From: a phage
Reading direction: 5' to 3' (one strand)
Sequence record: OZ336095.1
DNA length: 64,000 nt
Shown: piece by piece, positions 48,505-58,263 of the stretch
Numbering within the stretch: position 1 is the first letter of the stretch
How the letters are laid out: every line of letters begins with the position of its first letter
The notes under the pieces: model-generated
Told to the model about the DNA's origin: nothing
Seen by the model: the letters and a program-made list of their open reading frames with translations, nothing else
The model's database searches: none
Program-made: the position numbers and the translations under genes

Positions 48505-49098
48505 TTAAATCAGTGTTTCCAGAACTGTTTTCAGGGATGACTTAGTTGTCTGATAAAAATGAGTGAATCCGTTGTTGTTATCGAATATCTGCATCATAAT
48601 ATCATCTCCCTTGATTGGATACACTCGGATATCATAGTGAAACCCGTTAAAGACAGCAGAACCATTACAGAACACACTAAAATCGTCCACTGAGATATAC
48701 TCTTCATGTCCTGTGATTTTTATACAGACGCCTTTGCTCGGTCTCTTAGGGTTGATATCTTCCATCACAGACATACTCTGTCCACCAAGAGATACCATAG
48801 TGACCACTTTACGGTTCTTCTGTCTAAAGTACATTTTAACTTTCTGTAAAGTGTCTTCATAGAACGGATAAGACTTCTCTACAAAGATTCCTTCAAGTGG
48901 CTCTTTACCATTTTCAACTTCTCTGGTATGTCGTACTGCAAAGATAATTTGTTGGAACCAGTCAAGATTTTCTTCGGAGAGTGCTTCACGAACATCACTC
49001 CAGTCAAGGACTAGGTAGTTGCCTTCAACTTCTTTTAAGTTATCTTTTTCCATACCTATCACACCGTTATCGTAAAACTTGGTAAGCTGGTACTGCAA
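48505..49098 (-). CDS. Hypothetical protein, 197 aa
   Basis: ORF track; first gene of minus-strand block. Confidence 0.5.
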   Translation of the reverse strand: MQYQLTKFYDNGVIGMEKDNLKEVEGNYLVLDWSDVREALSEENLDWFQQIIFAVRHTREVENGKEPLEGIFVEKSYPFYEDTLQKVKMYFRQKNRKVVTMVSLGGQSMSVMEDINPKRPSKGVCIKITGHEEYISVDDFSVFCNGSAVFNGFHYDIRVYPIKGDDIMMQIFDNNNGFTHFYQTTKSSLKTVLETLI

Positions 49099-49531
49099 AC
49101 TCGTTGCTACTGTTTCTAATAAGGTCTTCTTCTGTTACTAAGAATGTAATCCCACATAAGTGCGTATAGTGGCTGTCATACTCGAATACTTTAAGTAAGT
49201 ATTTACCATCATGATAAACAGATTCTACTACACCTTTTGCAACAATCTTTCCAGTCTTGAAGTCTTTAAGAGGGTATGTATTACCAACTTTAGGGACTGT
49301 TTTCACTTCAGGTTCTTTTAGCTTCTCACTAGCTTCTACATCACCTAGTAAGTTAGAACTTTCAAAAGCTCTGAATCTCATATAAGCTTCTGAACATTCC
49401 CAGATAAAACAATGTACAAGAACCTTAGCAGCATGTCTTGAGCAATTCAACTCATCACAGATTTCTTTGTACATTTCATCTTTAGTTGAATTGGTAAGTA
49501 TTGCTTTTCGAACTGTTTCTTTAATTTTCAT
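49067..49531 (-). CDS. Hypothetical protein, 154 aa
   Basis: ORF track. Confidence 0.45.
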   Translation of the reverse strand: MKIKETVRKAILTNSTKDEMYKEICDELNCSRHAAKVLVHCFIWECSEAYMRFRAFESSNLLGDVEASEKLKEPEVKTVPKVGNTYPLKDFKTGKIVAKGVVESVYHDGKYLLKVFEYDSHYTHLCGITFLVTEEDLIRNSSNEFAVPAYQVLR

Positions 49532-49949
49532 AAGTTCTCCGAATAACCCTATTAAGCATCTCTAAAGTCAGCTTTCCAGATTCTAAATGTGGCACAATAA
49601 GTTTTAAAGCTTTTTCAACATCATGCACAACATCTATTATACCTTCTGCATAGGCTTCTACAAGGATATCTTTTACATTTTGTGATTTACCTTTTTGTGG
49701 TATCACTAGACGCATATCAAACTCATTTGCTTGAGGATGGTTCTTACCTTGCCAATAACCATCTTTGTTAAAGCTGATGTAGTCACCGTGGTAAAAGTGT
49801 ACACCATTAGCTTTAAACTTCTCCAGCACAAGGCATTGAATTGGGTATTCAGTATTCCACTCCCTGACTCCTATAACCTTCACTGTTGCGATGTACTCCT
49901 GTGTTTTTGCATCTATGATGTCAAGTTCTTGACCAGCTATGATTTGCAT
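49521..49949 (-). CDS. Hypothetical protein, 142 aa
   Basis: ORF track. Confidence 0.45.
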   Translation of the reverse strand: MQIIAGQELDIIDAKTQEYIATVKVIGVREWNTEYPIQCLVLEKFKANGVHFYHGDYISFNKDGYWQGKNHPQANEFDMRLVIPQKGKSQNVKDILVEAYAEGIIDVVHDVEKALKLIVPHLESGKLTLEMLNRVIRRTYEN

Positions 49950-50002
49950 ATTCGCTACCTTCTAAGTTTCTACAAAGGGGCTATCAAGTAACCCCTAAGT
50001 TA

Positions 50003-50227
50003 TTACTCAGACTTTTCAGTCTTCTTATCGGATTTCTTACTAGTCTTCTTCTCAGCTTTCTGCTCAGGTTCCTTCTCAGAAGTTGCCTTAATAACCATAT
50101 CAAGAAGCTCTGATAGGTCACTCTTCAGCAAAGTAACAGGCTGCTCATTGTAGAAGTTTTTGTCAAGATAAACTTTGAACTCTTCTATAGAAGGAAATCC
50201 AAAGATTGGTACAGGTGTCTTAATCAT
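50003..50227 (-). CDS. Hypothetical small protein, 74 aa
   Basis: ORF track; lysine/serine-rich C-terminus. Confidence 0.4.
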   Translation of the reverse strand: MIKTPVPIFGFPSIEEFKVYLDKNFYNEQPVTLLKSDLSELLDMVIKATSEKEPEQKAEKKTSKKSDKKTEKSE

Positions 50228-50303
50228 TACTTAGTCTCTCCATAGGCATCTTTCAAGATTGCCTTGTTAATCATTTCAGCGATTGCAAAACGAACACATA
50301 CAG

Positions 50304-50807
50304 CTATAATTGTAGGTTGCATTCTTTACTTACCTCTTCAAGTTTAATCTCCGAGTCCTTAAGTCGTTTCTTATGAACTCTGAATCTTAGTAGTGAGATA
50401 ATGATACCAGCTAAAGGAACAGCATACAAGTACCATGCATCATATACCTTTGCAGTAATCTGTGTGATAGTTAAATCTTGAGCTATGTAACTGATTGCTG
50501 ATACGGCTAGTAATGTTGCTAAGAAGAAAACCAGTATCATAGCAATATTCAGACAACCTCTGGCATGGTATTCATGCTTAATGCACTTATTCTTCTCTTC
50601 AACAACCCTGTTGTAGTCATTTGTAAAGTCTCTGTAGAAAGCTTTCAAGTATTCTTGAGTGTAGCCTTCAAAGCAACCTGTACCGTACCAATAGTCACCA
50701 CCAAAGTGTGCTATGATACCGGTATCCCCATTTGGTTTGGTTACTCTCAAAGAGGTGTGATGACGAGTATCCTGATAATCTATCTTGTATCTTTCTTCGT
50801 AAATCAT
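50304..50807 (-). CDS. Putative membrane protein, 167 aa
   Basis: Hydrophobic segments (ILVFFLATLLAVSAISYI, AVPLAGIIISLL). Confidence 0.45.
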   Translation of the reverse strand: MIYEERYKIDYQDTRHHTSLRVTKPNGDTGIIAHFGGDYWYGTGCFEGYTQEYLKAFYRDFTNDYNRVVEEKNKCIKHEYHARGCLNIAMILVFFLATLLAVSAISYIAQDLTITQITAKVYDAWYLYAVPLAGIIISLLRFRVHKKRLKDSEIKLEEVSKECNLQL

Positions 50808-51022
50808 TTTCCAATCCCTCTCAATCGTTTATTCCACTCAAGGTCAACAAGTCTTTGCAGGACTTTCCCTCTAGGTGTTACACCTTTTAAATCTGCATCG
50901 TAGCAACGGTAAAAGTCACCTTCAGCGTGTTTACCATAGCACTTTCTTATATTCTGACTTCTACGATATTGCTCTAACAGGGACAGTTTGTAGTAATCTT
51001 CAACTGTAGTTAGCTTTTTCAT
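50804..51022 (-). CDS. Hypothetical small protein, 72 aa
   Basis: ORF track. Confidence 0.4.
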   Translation of the reverse strand: MKKLTTVEDYYKLSLLEQYRRSQNIRKCYGKHAEGDFYRCYDADLKGVTPRGKVLQRLVDLEWNKRLRGIGK

Positions 51023-51105
51023 TCTTTTACCATGCCTCTTATCTAGAAACTAAAAAGGGAACTACCTCTCGATAGCTCCCATCATAATCAGTGTTGTATA
51101 CTCGG

Positions 51106-51687
51106 TCAAGAGTATTTTTTAGGCAGCAATGCACTGCGCTTGTTACTCTCTTCACTCAATAGTGCAATGAAATCATCACTTTTACCTTTCCACGGGCTGA
51201 ATGAAGGGATATGTTCGCGGATAGCCTCAATCACTGTTTTAAGTGCTGTGTTCTTCATCCACCAATCAGAATCTGCTGATGCTACCACGTAGTATCCACC
51301 GTCATCAGTTAAAATTGGCTCTGAAATACATGGTGAAATCAAAGTGGTGATGATTGAACCGTTGTTCATGTAGTATGTGCGCTTCATAACCTTTTCAAGA
51401 AGCTTGTGAAGGTCACCAAACAGTGTTACAAGTTCTTTGTGGTCAATATCTTTTTCGAGGTTTGCTCGATACTTCAATAGTGCAGCATCAACCTCTCTGT
51501 CATTGAACTTGAAATATTGAACCTCTTCAACAAGGCAAACACTGATATTGTTGACATTCATAGTCAACTTGCAAACTTTTACAGGAGAGTTGATATTTGG
51601 TTGAAAAAGTGCAATACAACCTTCAATATTTCCAAAATGTTGTACCAGTGTTACTTGTGGAGTGATATTCTGTTGCTCTTCGGACAT
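51106..51687 (-). CDS. Hypothetical protein, 193 aa
   Basis: ORF track. Confidence 0.45.
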   Translation of the reverse strand: MSEEQQNITPQVTLVQHFGNIEGCIALFQPNINSPVKVCKLTMNVNNISVCLVEEVQYFKFNDREVDAALLKYRANLEKDIDHKELVTLFGDLHKLLEKVMKRTYYMNNGSIITTLISPCISEPILTDDGGYYVVASADSDWWMKNTALKTVIEAIREHIPSFSPWKGKSDDFIALLSEESNKRSALLPKKYS

Positions 51688-52031
51688 TACAGTTTCCTCA
51701 TTAAATACTTTTTAAGTTGGGTGTTAGGTTTCTCAAAAACTTCTATAGAAGATATCTTGACAGATTCACCACGCATACCAGTATGTTTGAATATGTAATA
51801 CTCTAACATCCCTATGTACTTTGCTGGTAAGTCATATTTGACATACACCGTTACAGAATCTTCAAACTCAACAACCTTTGTACCATCTTTGTAGTTAAAC
51901 TCTTTAGGATGGTTGTAGTTGTCTATATCGTACATTAAGAAGAGTCTTTTACGTTGTAAGTCAAGCTTATTTGTTAAAGACTCTTTAATATCTGAGAAGT
52001 TTTTGTAAACTGTGACATGGAGCTTACTCAT
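51687..52031 (-). CDS. Hypothetical protein, 114 aa
   Basis: ORF track. Confidence 0.45.
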   Translation of the reverse strand: MSKLHVTVYKNFSDIKESLTNKLDLQRKRLFLMYDIDNYNHPKEFNYKDGTKVVEFEDSVTVYVKYDLPAKYIGMLEYYIFKHTGMRGESVKISSIEVFEKPNTQLKKYLMRKL

Positions 52032-52317
52032 CGTTAAACTCTCTGACGAAGAAATAGTTGACTTTATTATTACCTACCATAAGGTCAAAGCAGGTGTTCT
52101 CAAAAGGCTTGTTGTAGGCATCATATGAAGTGTACGTATCAGCTACTTGCTTAGTAGTGAGCTTTTTACTTGATGGATTTAAGAGGCCACCATACAGTTT
52201 CTTGATAGCCTCTTCTACAACAGACCAGATGATTTCGTCAGTAATTTCTTCGTACAGGTCAAGTTCACGCTCTAGTGAGAAGTCACAAATAGGGAAAATA
52301 ACCTGTACTTTACTCAT
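52024..52317 (-). CDS. Hypothetical protein, 97 aa
   Basis: ORF track. Confidence 0.45.
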   Translation of the reverse strand: MSKVQVIFPICDFSLERELDLYEEITDEIIWSVVEEAIKKLYGGLLNPSSKKLTTKQVADTYTSYDAYNKPFENTCFDLMVGNNKVNYFFVREFNDE

Positions 52318-52712
52318 TAGCGAATGACCTGTGTTACCTGAATAGCTTCAGTTACTGACAAATCACCAACCGTTTCTTCTTTGACGAAGGTGAAGGTAAG
52401 TTCAACAGGCTCTTGTTCTTCCTGCTCAACCGGAATACCGTTAAGCTCATCAAAGATTGATTGAGTTGTCCAGTCTTCTCCACCATCTGGGTAGTGGATT
52501 GCGTAAAGAGGGAACTCTAAATTATACCAAGCAAATACAGGACAACCATCTTCATCATCTCGACATCTGTGGAGATATGTGTTTGTACCTTCAAAATGCA
52601 AATGGAGATTACCATTCTTCTCAAATAGAAGAGCATCTTGCAGGTCTAGTTCCTCATTTTCGCTATAACGGCTGACATCAACCTTAACATGGATATGACT
52701 GTTATTATTCAT
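52317..52712 (-). CDS. Hypothetical protein, 131 aa
   Basis: ORF track. Confidence 0.45.
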   Translation of the reverse strand: MNNNSHIHVKVDVSRYSENEELDLQDALLFEKNGNLHLHFEGTNTYLHRCRDDEDGCPVFAWYNLEFPLYAIHYPDGGEDWTTQSIFDELNGIPVEQEEQEPVELTFTFVKEETVGDLSVTEAIQVTQVIR

Positions 52713-53103
52713 AAAAACCTCTCTCTGCTTGTTCGATTTTTGCTCTTAAAATTTCGCAATGTTGTAAATGGTAGTTAGCTTCTTGTTCATGTGTTGCTAA
52801 CTGCCTTTCAAGAACAGTTTTATAATAACCTGCAAGTTGCTCTTTTGTCAACGGGTGTTCTGAAATAATATCAAGTCCACTTTCGCCAAGAGGGTTGAAT
52901 TGTCCATGCTCATTGACATTGTAAGTCTCAAACTTGAACAGACCATTGTTCACAGACTCAATAGGCGACAGCTCAACAAGCTCTACAGTAAACCGTGTAT
53001 ATACCTTGTCACCTCTTGAAACCACATTGTTTCCGACAATGCGTACAAGCGAGCCATTACGAGTGTACTTAAAAGTTCCAAAGTCACTAGCCCAAAGTTT
53101 CAT
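52705..53103 (-). CDS. Hypothetical protein, 132 aa
   Basis: ORF track. Confidence 0.45.
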   Translation of the reverse strand: MKLWASDFGTFKYTRNGSLVRIVGNNVVSRGDKVYTRFTVELVELSPIESVNNGLFKFETYNVNEHGQFNPLGESGLDIISEHPLTKEQLAGYYKTVLERQLATHEQEANYHLQHCEILRAKIEQAERGFYE

Positions 53104-53121
53104 AGTTTTCTCCTTAGAAAA

Positions 53122-53143
53122 TAAAAAGGCTCCCGAAGGAGCC
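53122..53143 (-). terminator. Rho-independent terminator (minus strand) downstream of lysozyme gene
   Basis: ggctcc-cgaa-ggagcc hairpin with T-run on minus strand. Confidence 0.55.
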
Positions 53144-53153
53144 TATGAAGATA

Positions 53154-53618
53154 TTACTTTGGATATACACTGTCAAGATAAATGTCAGCTTCCATTCTAC
53201 GTCTGTTTTTCAGGCCGTTTGAAGTGACCTTCTTACCTTTTACTGTAACCTTGTTCCACCACTGCATAGCTTCTGCACAACCGACCTTATTACCAGCATT
53301 GTGGCGCTTGATAAATGTAGAGTCCTGCATAGCTGTGATACCAATGTTGTATGTTTCACTTACAAGTGCATCAAACTCATTCTGAGAAGTTGGAACCTTG
53401 ATGGCTTTGTTCACTGCTGTAACGAACTTTTCAACATCTGCAAGAAGATACTGTTCAGCTTGTTCAGCGGTAATCTTCATACCCATCTTAACAGGCTTCC
53501 CACCAATACGAATTGTCCCATACCCAATTGTGGGGATTCCAGCAGAATCTTCGTAAGACTCAAGCTTAAGACCTTCAAAGAACTTAATAGCTTCTAAACC
53601 TTTTCTTGAGAGTTGCAT
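53154..53618 (-). CDS. Lysozyme (GH24, T4 e / lambda R-like endolysin)
   Basis: N-terminal LEAIKFFEGLKLESYEDSAGIPTIGYGT matches the E...D...TIGYG catalytic region; GGGGAGG RBS; 154 aa. Confidence 0.75.
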   Translation of the reverse strand: MQLSRKGLEAIKFFEGLKLESYEDSAGIPTIGYGTIRIGGKPVKMGMKITAEQAEQYLLADVEKFVTAVNKAIKVPTSQNEFDALVSETYNIGITAMQDSTFIKRHNAGNKVGCAEAMQWWNKVTVKGKKVTSNGLKNRRRMEADIYLDSVYPK

Positions 53619-54751
53619 TATGCCTCCCCTGCTGTGTTAACAGTAACTGTTGCTGCATTAGATGTTACAGAGCCACCTGCACCAGTAACTACACAGGTGT
53701 AGCTTCCTGCATCAGCAGCGGTTGCACCTTCTTTGGTGTAAGTTGCAGCAGTTGCGTCTGGGATGACTTCCTCACCTTTCTTCCACTGATAACCTGTTGC
53801 ACCAGTAGCCACAACATTCAGCGTTAAGGTCTCACCTTCAGTGATTTCTTGATTGGTTGGCTGTTGAGTAATTACTGGAAGTGCGTTCACAGTTACTACA
53901 GCAGCATTAGATGTCACTGCACCACCCGCACCTGTTACAACGCAAGTATATGAGCCTGCATCTGCTGGCAGAGCACCAGACTTGCTATAGGTAGCATTTG
54001 TAGCTGAAGGAATGTCAGAGCCATCTTTCTTCCACTGGTAACCTGTCGCACCTGTTGCAGTCACTTCCAAGTTAATGCTTCCACCCTCATTGACAGTCTG
54101 ACCAGAAGGCTGCTGTGTAATCACAGGCAGTGCATTAACAGCAACTGTTGCCGCATCTGAGGTAACACTTGTTCCAGCCTCTCCAGATACAACACAAGTG
54201 TATGAGCCAGCATCAGAAGGTACTACGGACTGTTTTGTATAAGTTGCAGAGGTGGCACTAGGAATATCCTCTCCATCCTTTTTCCATTGATATCCAGTGG
54301 CATTCGTTGCAATAACACTTAGGGTAAGCGTACCACCTTCATTTACTGTTTGATTGGTTGGTTGCTGAGTGATTGCTGGTGGCTTGATAGCATCCTTCAA
54401 CTTAGCATTCAACATTGAGAATGGTTTAACTCTTGCCAGCCATTCACAATAAATTGTGTCAACGTCTTTACCATTGATAATTGCATATTGTAAGTCCATG
54501 AAGAAGTCAGAAGTTCTCATTTGAGCACCAATGCTGTAAAGCAACTCATCACTAAATGGAACTTTGTAGTCTGGTTTGTAGTCAAACTCATCGACTTCTG
54601 CAATATCAGCTTCAGGCCAATACGAACTGTAGGTAAGCGGTAAAATAGCCTCTTGATATGTTCTAAAATCATATCTCTTACCAGCCTTTACGTTTGCAAT
54701 GAAGCCCTTCACAAACTCTTTGAAGTCTGGGTAAGTCTTTGCTTTAATCAT
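53618..54751 (-). CDS. Protein with N-terminal unknown domain and three tandem Ig-like domains
   Basis: Three roughly 85-aa repeats each with YQWKK...SATYT...AGSYTCVV.G; N-terminal 125 aa paralogous to 54748..55119. Confidence 0.6.
   Translation of the reverse strand: MIKAKTYPDFKEFVKGFIANVKAGKRYDFRTYQEAILPLTYSSYWPEADIAEVDEFDYKPDYKVPFSDELLYSIGAQMRTSDFFMDLQYAIINGKDVDTIYCEWLARVKPFSMLNAKLKDAIKPPAITQQPTNQTVNEGGTLTLSVIATNATGYQWKKDGEDIPSATSATYTKQSVVPSDAGSYTCVVSGEAGTSVTSDAATVAVNALPVITQQPSGQTVNEGGSINLEVTATGATGYQWKKDGSDIPSATNATYSKSGALPADAGSYTCVVTGAGGAVTSNAAVVTVNALPVITQQPTNQEITEGETLTLNVVATGATGYQWKKGEEVIPDATAATYTKEGATAADAGSYTCVVTGAGGSVTSNAATVTVNTAGEA
53621..54379. repeat. Three tandem coding repeats of about 250 bp (Ig-like domains)
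   Basis: Direct repeats visible at protein level within 53618..54751. Confidence 0.7.
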
Positions 54752-55119
54752 TTCTTTTTAGCCTCTAAATGTGCGTTTAGTCTAAAATAACCTTTGTGAT
54801 GCGGAGATACGTCACCAACAACAATACCTTTAACCTTATAACCTTTACCAATTACATACTGGATATCCATAAGGAATCTTCCAAGACCAACAATATGGAA
54901 CATTGGATATAATAGATTCTCAGAGTCTGGAATATTGATTTCGGGTTTGTAGGTACGATGTTCGATTGTTGGTGTAATATCTTCTTCAGGCCATTTGCTG
55001 AGTCTCCATGTCAAAGGTGTTGGGATAACATCATTAAGGCTGTACCTTTCACCATTTTGCACGGAATTGACATAGGATTGTAGGAAGCAATAAAAGTCTT
55101 TTGCACTCTTAGCTTTCAT
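54748..55119 (-). CDS. Paralog of the N-terminal domain of the Ig-like protein (no Ig domains)
   Basis: Shared blocks ...GKRY...WPE.DI...YKP...SE.LLY...FMD.QY.I..G with the adjacent gene. Confidence 0.5.
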   Translation of the reverse strand: MKAKSAKDFYCFLQSYVNSVQNGERYSLNDVIPTPLTWRLSKWPEEDITPTIEHRTYKPEINIPDSENLLYPMFHIVGLGRFLMDIQYVIGKGYKVKGIVVGDVSPHHKGYFRLNAHLEAKKK

Positions 55120-55130
55120 TAAATATCCTT

Positions 55131-55158
55131 ATAAATAGTTAAAGGGGCATCAGCCCCT
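55131..55158 (-). terminator. Rho-independent terminator (minus strand)
   Basis: aggggc-atca-gcccct hairpin with T-rich tail on minus strand. Confidence 0.45.
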
Positions 55159-55166
55159 ATTCACAC

Positions 55167-55757
55167 TTAAGCTTTGGTCTTAAGTAGGTTCTTAAGTTTT
55201 TTAAGATTCATACTCTCATCAAACTTAAAACCAAATCCATTGACATAATCAATGAACTCGGATTTCTTACTAAGTGACAATGCGTAACTCATATCGAAGT
55301 TCTTACTTGTTTCTGCGTCTGGACTAGAGTTCACATCAAATGAAATTTCTGTAGGTTCTTGCTTACTTTTTCTCATATTATCAACCAACAAACATGTATA
55401 GTTTGCTGGATAGAAGTTTACACTGCCATCAACGTAGCTGTACTTATTATTATGGATAAGGTTGGAAAATACCTTAAGAAATGTTTCTGAGTCGTGGCAA
55501 ACAAGTTTGAATTGGCTGCTCTCTCCAAGCGCAACTAATGAGTACGGACTTTCACTATCAAAGTCATAATTTGGATTCGATGGCGTCACTGTTACACGCA
55601 TCAAGTTATTAGCAATAGTCTTCTGTTTAAAAGAATTTTGAACATAGTGAAGACCTCTATCAGACTGATTGACTAGCTCTTTAAGTAGGTCATTTGCATA
55701 TGGTGAATTAATTGATACAGAGCCATCACTATTGTAATTAAAACTTACTGTTAACAT
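55167..55757 (-). CDS. Hypothetical protein, 196 aa
   Basis: ORF track. Confidence 0.5.
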   Translation of the reverse strand: MLTVSFNYNSDGSVSINSPYANDLLKELVNQSDRGLHYVQNSFKQKTIANNLMRVTVTPSNPNYDFDSESPYSLVALGESSQFKLVCHDSETFLKVFSNLIHNNKYSYVDGSVNFYPANYTCLLVDNMRKSKQEPTEISFDVNSSPDAETSKNFDMSYALSLSKKSEFIDYVNGFGFKFDESMNLKKLKNLLKTKA

Positions 55758-55984
55758 TTTTCAGTTCTCCTGCGGTTTATAATTTTGCTGCAATAGAGAA
55801 ACGAAGTAAACTCACTGGAAGAAACCATTAAGTGTTGTTCACTAGATTGAGCCATTGCCCTGAAATACATTCCAGTCAAAGCATCATAGTGACTATTCTT
55901 TCCAATTGAGGTTATATAGCCATGACTCTTTGCAGTTTGATATAAATCTATAATATCTGCGATTTCTAATTGGGAACTACACAT
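55751..55984 (-). CDS. Hypothetical protein, 77 aa
   Basis: ORF track. Confidence 0.4.
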   Translation of the reverse strand: MCSSQLEIADIIDLYQTAKSHGYITSIGKNSHYDALTGMYFRAMAQSSEQHLMVSSSEFTSFLYCSKIINRRRTEKC

Positions 55985-56148
55985 AGATAATCCTCTTGTC
56001 TTCTGTAATTTTGAAAGAACAGGTACAGACCAATTTCAGAGGACGAATAGTAGATTAATTCTACCCTTTTTGATTCCTTACAGTGATTGGTATTCTTACC
56101 TTTCTTCGGTTTATTTGATTTTCTCATTAAGTCTCCTTTGTAGAACAA
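55966..56148 (-). CDS. Hypothetical small basic protein, 60 aa
   Basis: ORF track; weak. Confidence 0.3.
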   Translation of the reverse strand: MFYKGDLMRKSNKPKKGKNTNHCKESKRVELIYYSSSEIGLYLFFQNYRRQEDYLCVVPN

Positions 56149-56225
56149 GGCAGACCTACAGCTTAAGTAAGATGGTACAGTAATCCATACAACAAGTCAA
56201 GAACTATTGCAAGTTAAAAAAGTTG

Positions 56226-56254
56226 TTGACAAAGTACTTGACAAGGTGTAGGCT
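56226..56254 (+). promoter_or_regulatory. Sigma70-like promoter candidate
   Basis: TTGACA, 17 nt spacer, TAGGCT; contains CTTGACAAGGTG motif. Confidence 0.45.
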
Positions 56255-56375
56255 TATAAATACTTAGAAGATAACTTAAAAGGTTCCTCTAAAAAGGCTA
56301 TTTAAACAGATATCTTTCTGGATATCTATCTTTTATCTTAAAAGCCTTTTAAGAGGTCTTATAAGAGGCATACCA

Positions 56376-56747
56376 ATGAAAAACAGAACAAACAAAGGCC
56401 AGTTTAAAAAAGGCCAGTCTGGAAACCCATCTGGAAGACCAAAAGGCTCTCGTAACAAAAGCTCACTTGTAAAAGCTCAACTGACCATTGATAATTCTGC
56501 TGAGTTTGCTGCAAAGTTGTTTGAGGCGGTTGTTACAAGGGATGCTGCTAAGCTTGCAGAGTTCGGTTTGACGACTGACGATGTAAACCTGAAGTCGATG
56601 ATGGAGGCTGGTAAAACCATCATGACTCACTCAGCAGGTGAGATGAAAGCGATTGCAGCAGACACTAAGAAGACCCCTGATAATGGTGGTCAGTCTCAGA
56701 CAGATAACAAACCAACGTTCTCTGCTGTAGCGACTCTCAAAAAATAA
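56376..56747 (+). CDS. Hypothetical protein with N-terminal Gly/Pro-rich basic motif
   Basis: KGQFKKGQSGNPSGRPKGSRNK motif. Confidence 0.45.
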   Translation: MKNRTNKGQFKKGQSGNPSGRPKGSRNKSSLVKAQLTIDNSAEFAAKLFEAVVTRDAAKLAEFGLTTDDVNLKSMMEAGKTIMTHSAGEMKAIAADTKKTPDNGGQSQTDNKPTFSAVATLKK

Positions 56748-56828
56748 TTTTAAAAGGTGTTGACAGACTCTACAAAGTTGCTCTAAAGTCTGTCACATCA
56801 ACAAACAAATGAGAGAAGAGAGTAAAAT

Positions 56829-58244
56829 ATGAGCGAATTATTTAAACATGCGCACCTTCATGCAGGTCGAACTGAAAATGGTGCTGTAAACCATACTTCA
56901 TCAATGTCTGCTCTTGTAGACTTTTACAAAGCTGCTGGTTCAAGCCGTAGCAACGTAGAAATCTTACCAGACCTGTTCTACAAAGCTTTGCGTGAGGATG
57001 TTGATGTTGCAGTTCGTATTTTGCTTCATATGCGAGATGTACGAGAAGGCATGGGTGAGCGTAAAGCCTTCAGAACTGTTTTACTTCAAGCGATTGAAGA
57101 TAAGGTTTTAGAACCTACACAGGTTCTTCGCATTATGGATAAGATTGCAGAGCTTGGTCGTTTTGATGACTTCAAAATCTTCGTAGGTACTCGTTTCGAG
57201 ACAGATGCCTTCAAACATTTAGAAGCAGCATTACTAGACCCTGCAACAGCAGGTTTGGCAGCCAAGTGGCTACCACGAGTCAAACCACGTCATAAGCAGT
57301 TTGTAAAACGTTTCTGCAAGTTTGCCAACTTGAGTGAGAAAGAGTACCGCACACTGTTGTCTGCACTATCTGATACAGTTGAGCAAAAAATCTCTGCTAA
57401 TGAGTTTGGTAAGATTGACTACAGTAAGATTCCTTCACTTGCTGCTGCACGTTACCAAAACCTGTTTAACCGTAAAGATGGAGAGCGTTACAAAGCTTAC
57501 ATCGAGTCCTTATCAAAAGGTGAGACTAAGATTAACGCTGGTGCTGTTTACCCATACGATGTGATTAAATCTATTAAGTATGGTAATGCAGATGTTGCTA
57601 ATGAGCAGTGGAAAGCACTACCAAACTGGATGGCAGAAGGTGAAAACATCTTGTGCATGACTGATGTCTCAAGCTCAATGTCTTGGGTGAATCTTGGTTC
57701 AATCACTGCTCTTGATATTGGTGTATCACTTGCATTGTATGTTGCAGAACGTAATACAGGTTGCTTTAAGAATGAGTTGATGGTTTATTCAACAAACCCT
57801 CACTTCATCGAACTGAGTGGTGATTTACGAAACCGTCATCGTCAGGTGATGCGACACGTTGAATATGGCTCAACTAACTTACAAGCAGCTTTTGACCGTA
57901 TTCTTGAGACAGGTAAAAGAAACAACTTGACTCAGAAAGATATGCCAAGTAAGCTTATCATTTTCTCCGATATGGAGTTTAATCAGGTTGATGGTGCTAA
58001 TGGCCGTACAAACTTCGAAGCAATTCGAGATAAGTACGAAAAAGCTGGATATGAGATGCCACAACTGGTATTCTGGTACTTAGCAAACCGTAATGGTACT
58101 TGCGAAGTGTCTGTTAAGGATAACGGTGTAGCAATGGTATCAGGCTTCTCTCCAGCTACTTTAAAAGCTCTGCTTGGTGGTGAGAAGTTTGACCCAATCA
58201 GCGTAATGCTCAAAGCAGTAATGATTGACCGTTATATCTGGTAA
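56829..58244 (+). CDS. von Willebrand factor A (vWA) domain protein with helical N-terminal region; possibly TROVE/Ro60-like
   Basis: MIDAS-like DVSSSMS motif after a roughly 270-aa helical region; C-terminal LIIFSDMEFN; gene ends about 170 bp before the tRNA cluster. Confidence 0.45.
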   Translation: MSELFKHAHLHAGRTENGAVNHTSSMSALVDFYKAAGSSRSNVEILPDLFYKALREDVDVAVRILLHMRDVREGMGERKAFRTVLLQAIEDKVLEPTQVLRIMDKIAELGRFDDFKIFVGTRFETDAFKHLEAALLDPATAGLAAKWLPRVKPRHKQFVKRFCKFANLSEKEYRTLLSALSDTVEQKISANEFGKIDYSKIPSLAAARYQNLFNRKDGERYKAYIESLSKGETKINAGAVYPYDVIKSIKYGNADVANEQWKALPNWMAEGENILCMTDVSSSMSWVNLGSITALDIGVSLALYVAERNTGCFKNELMVYSTNPHFIELSGDLRNRHRQVMRHVEYGSTNLQAAFDRILETGKRNNLTQKDMPSKLIIFSDMEFNQVDGANGRTNFEAIRDKYEKAGYEMPQLVFWYLANRNGTCEVSVKDNGVAMVSGFSPATLKALLGGEKFDPISVMLKAVMIDRYIW

Positions 58245-58263
58245 AAAAGTTTTAAAAAGGGTA

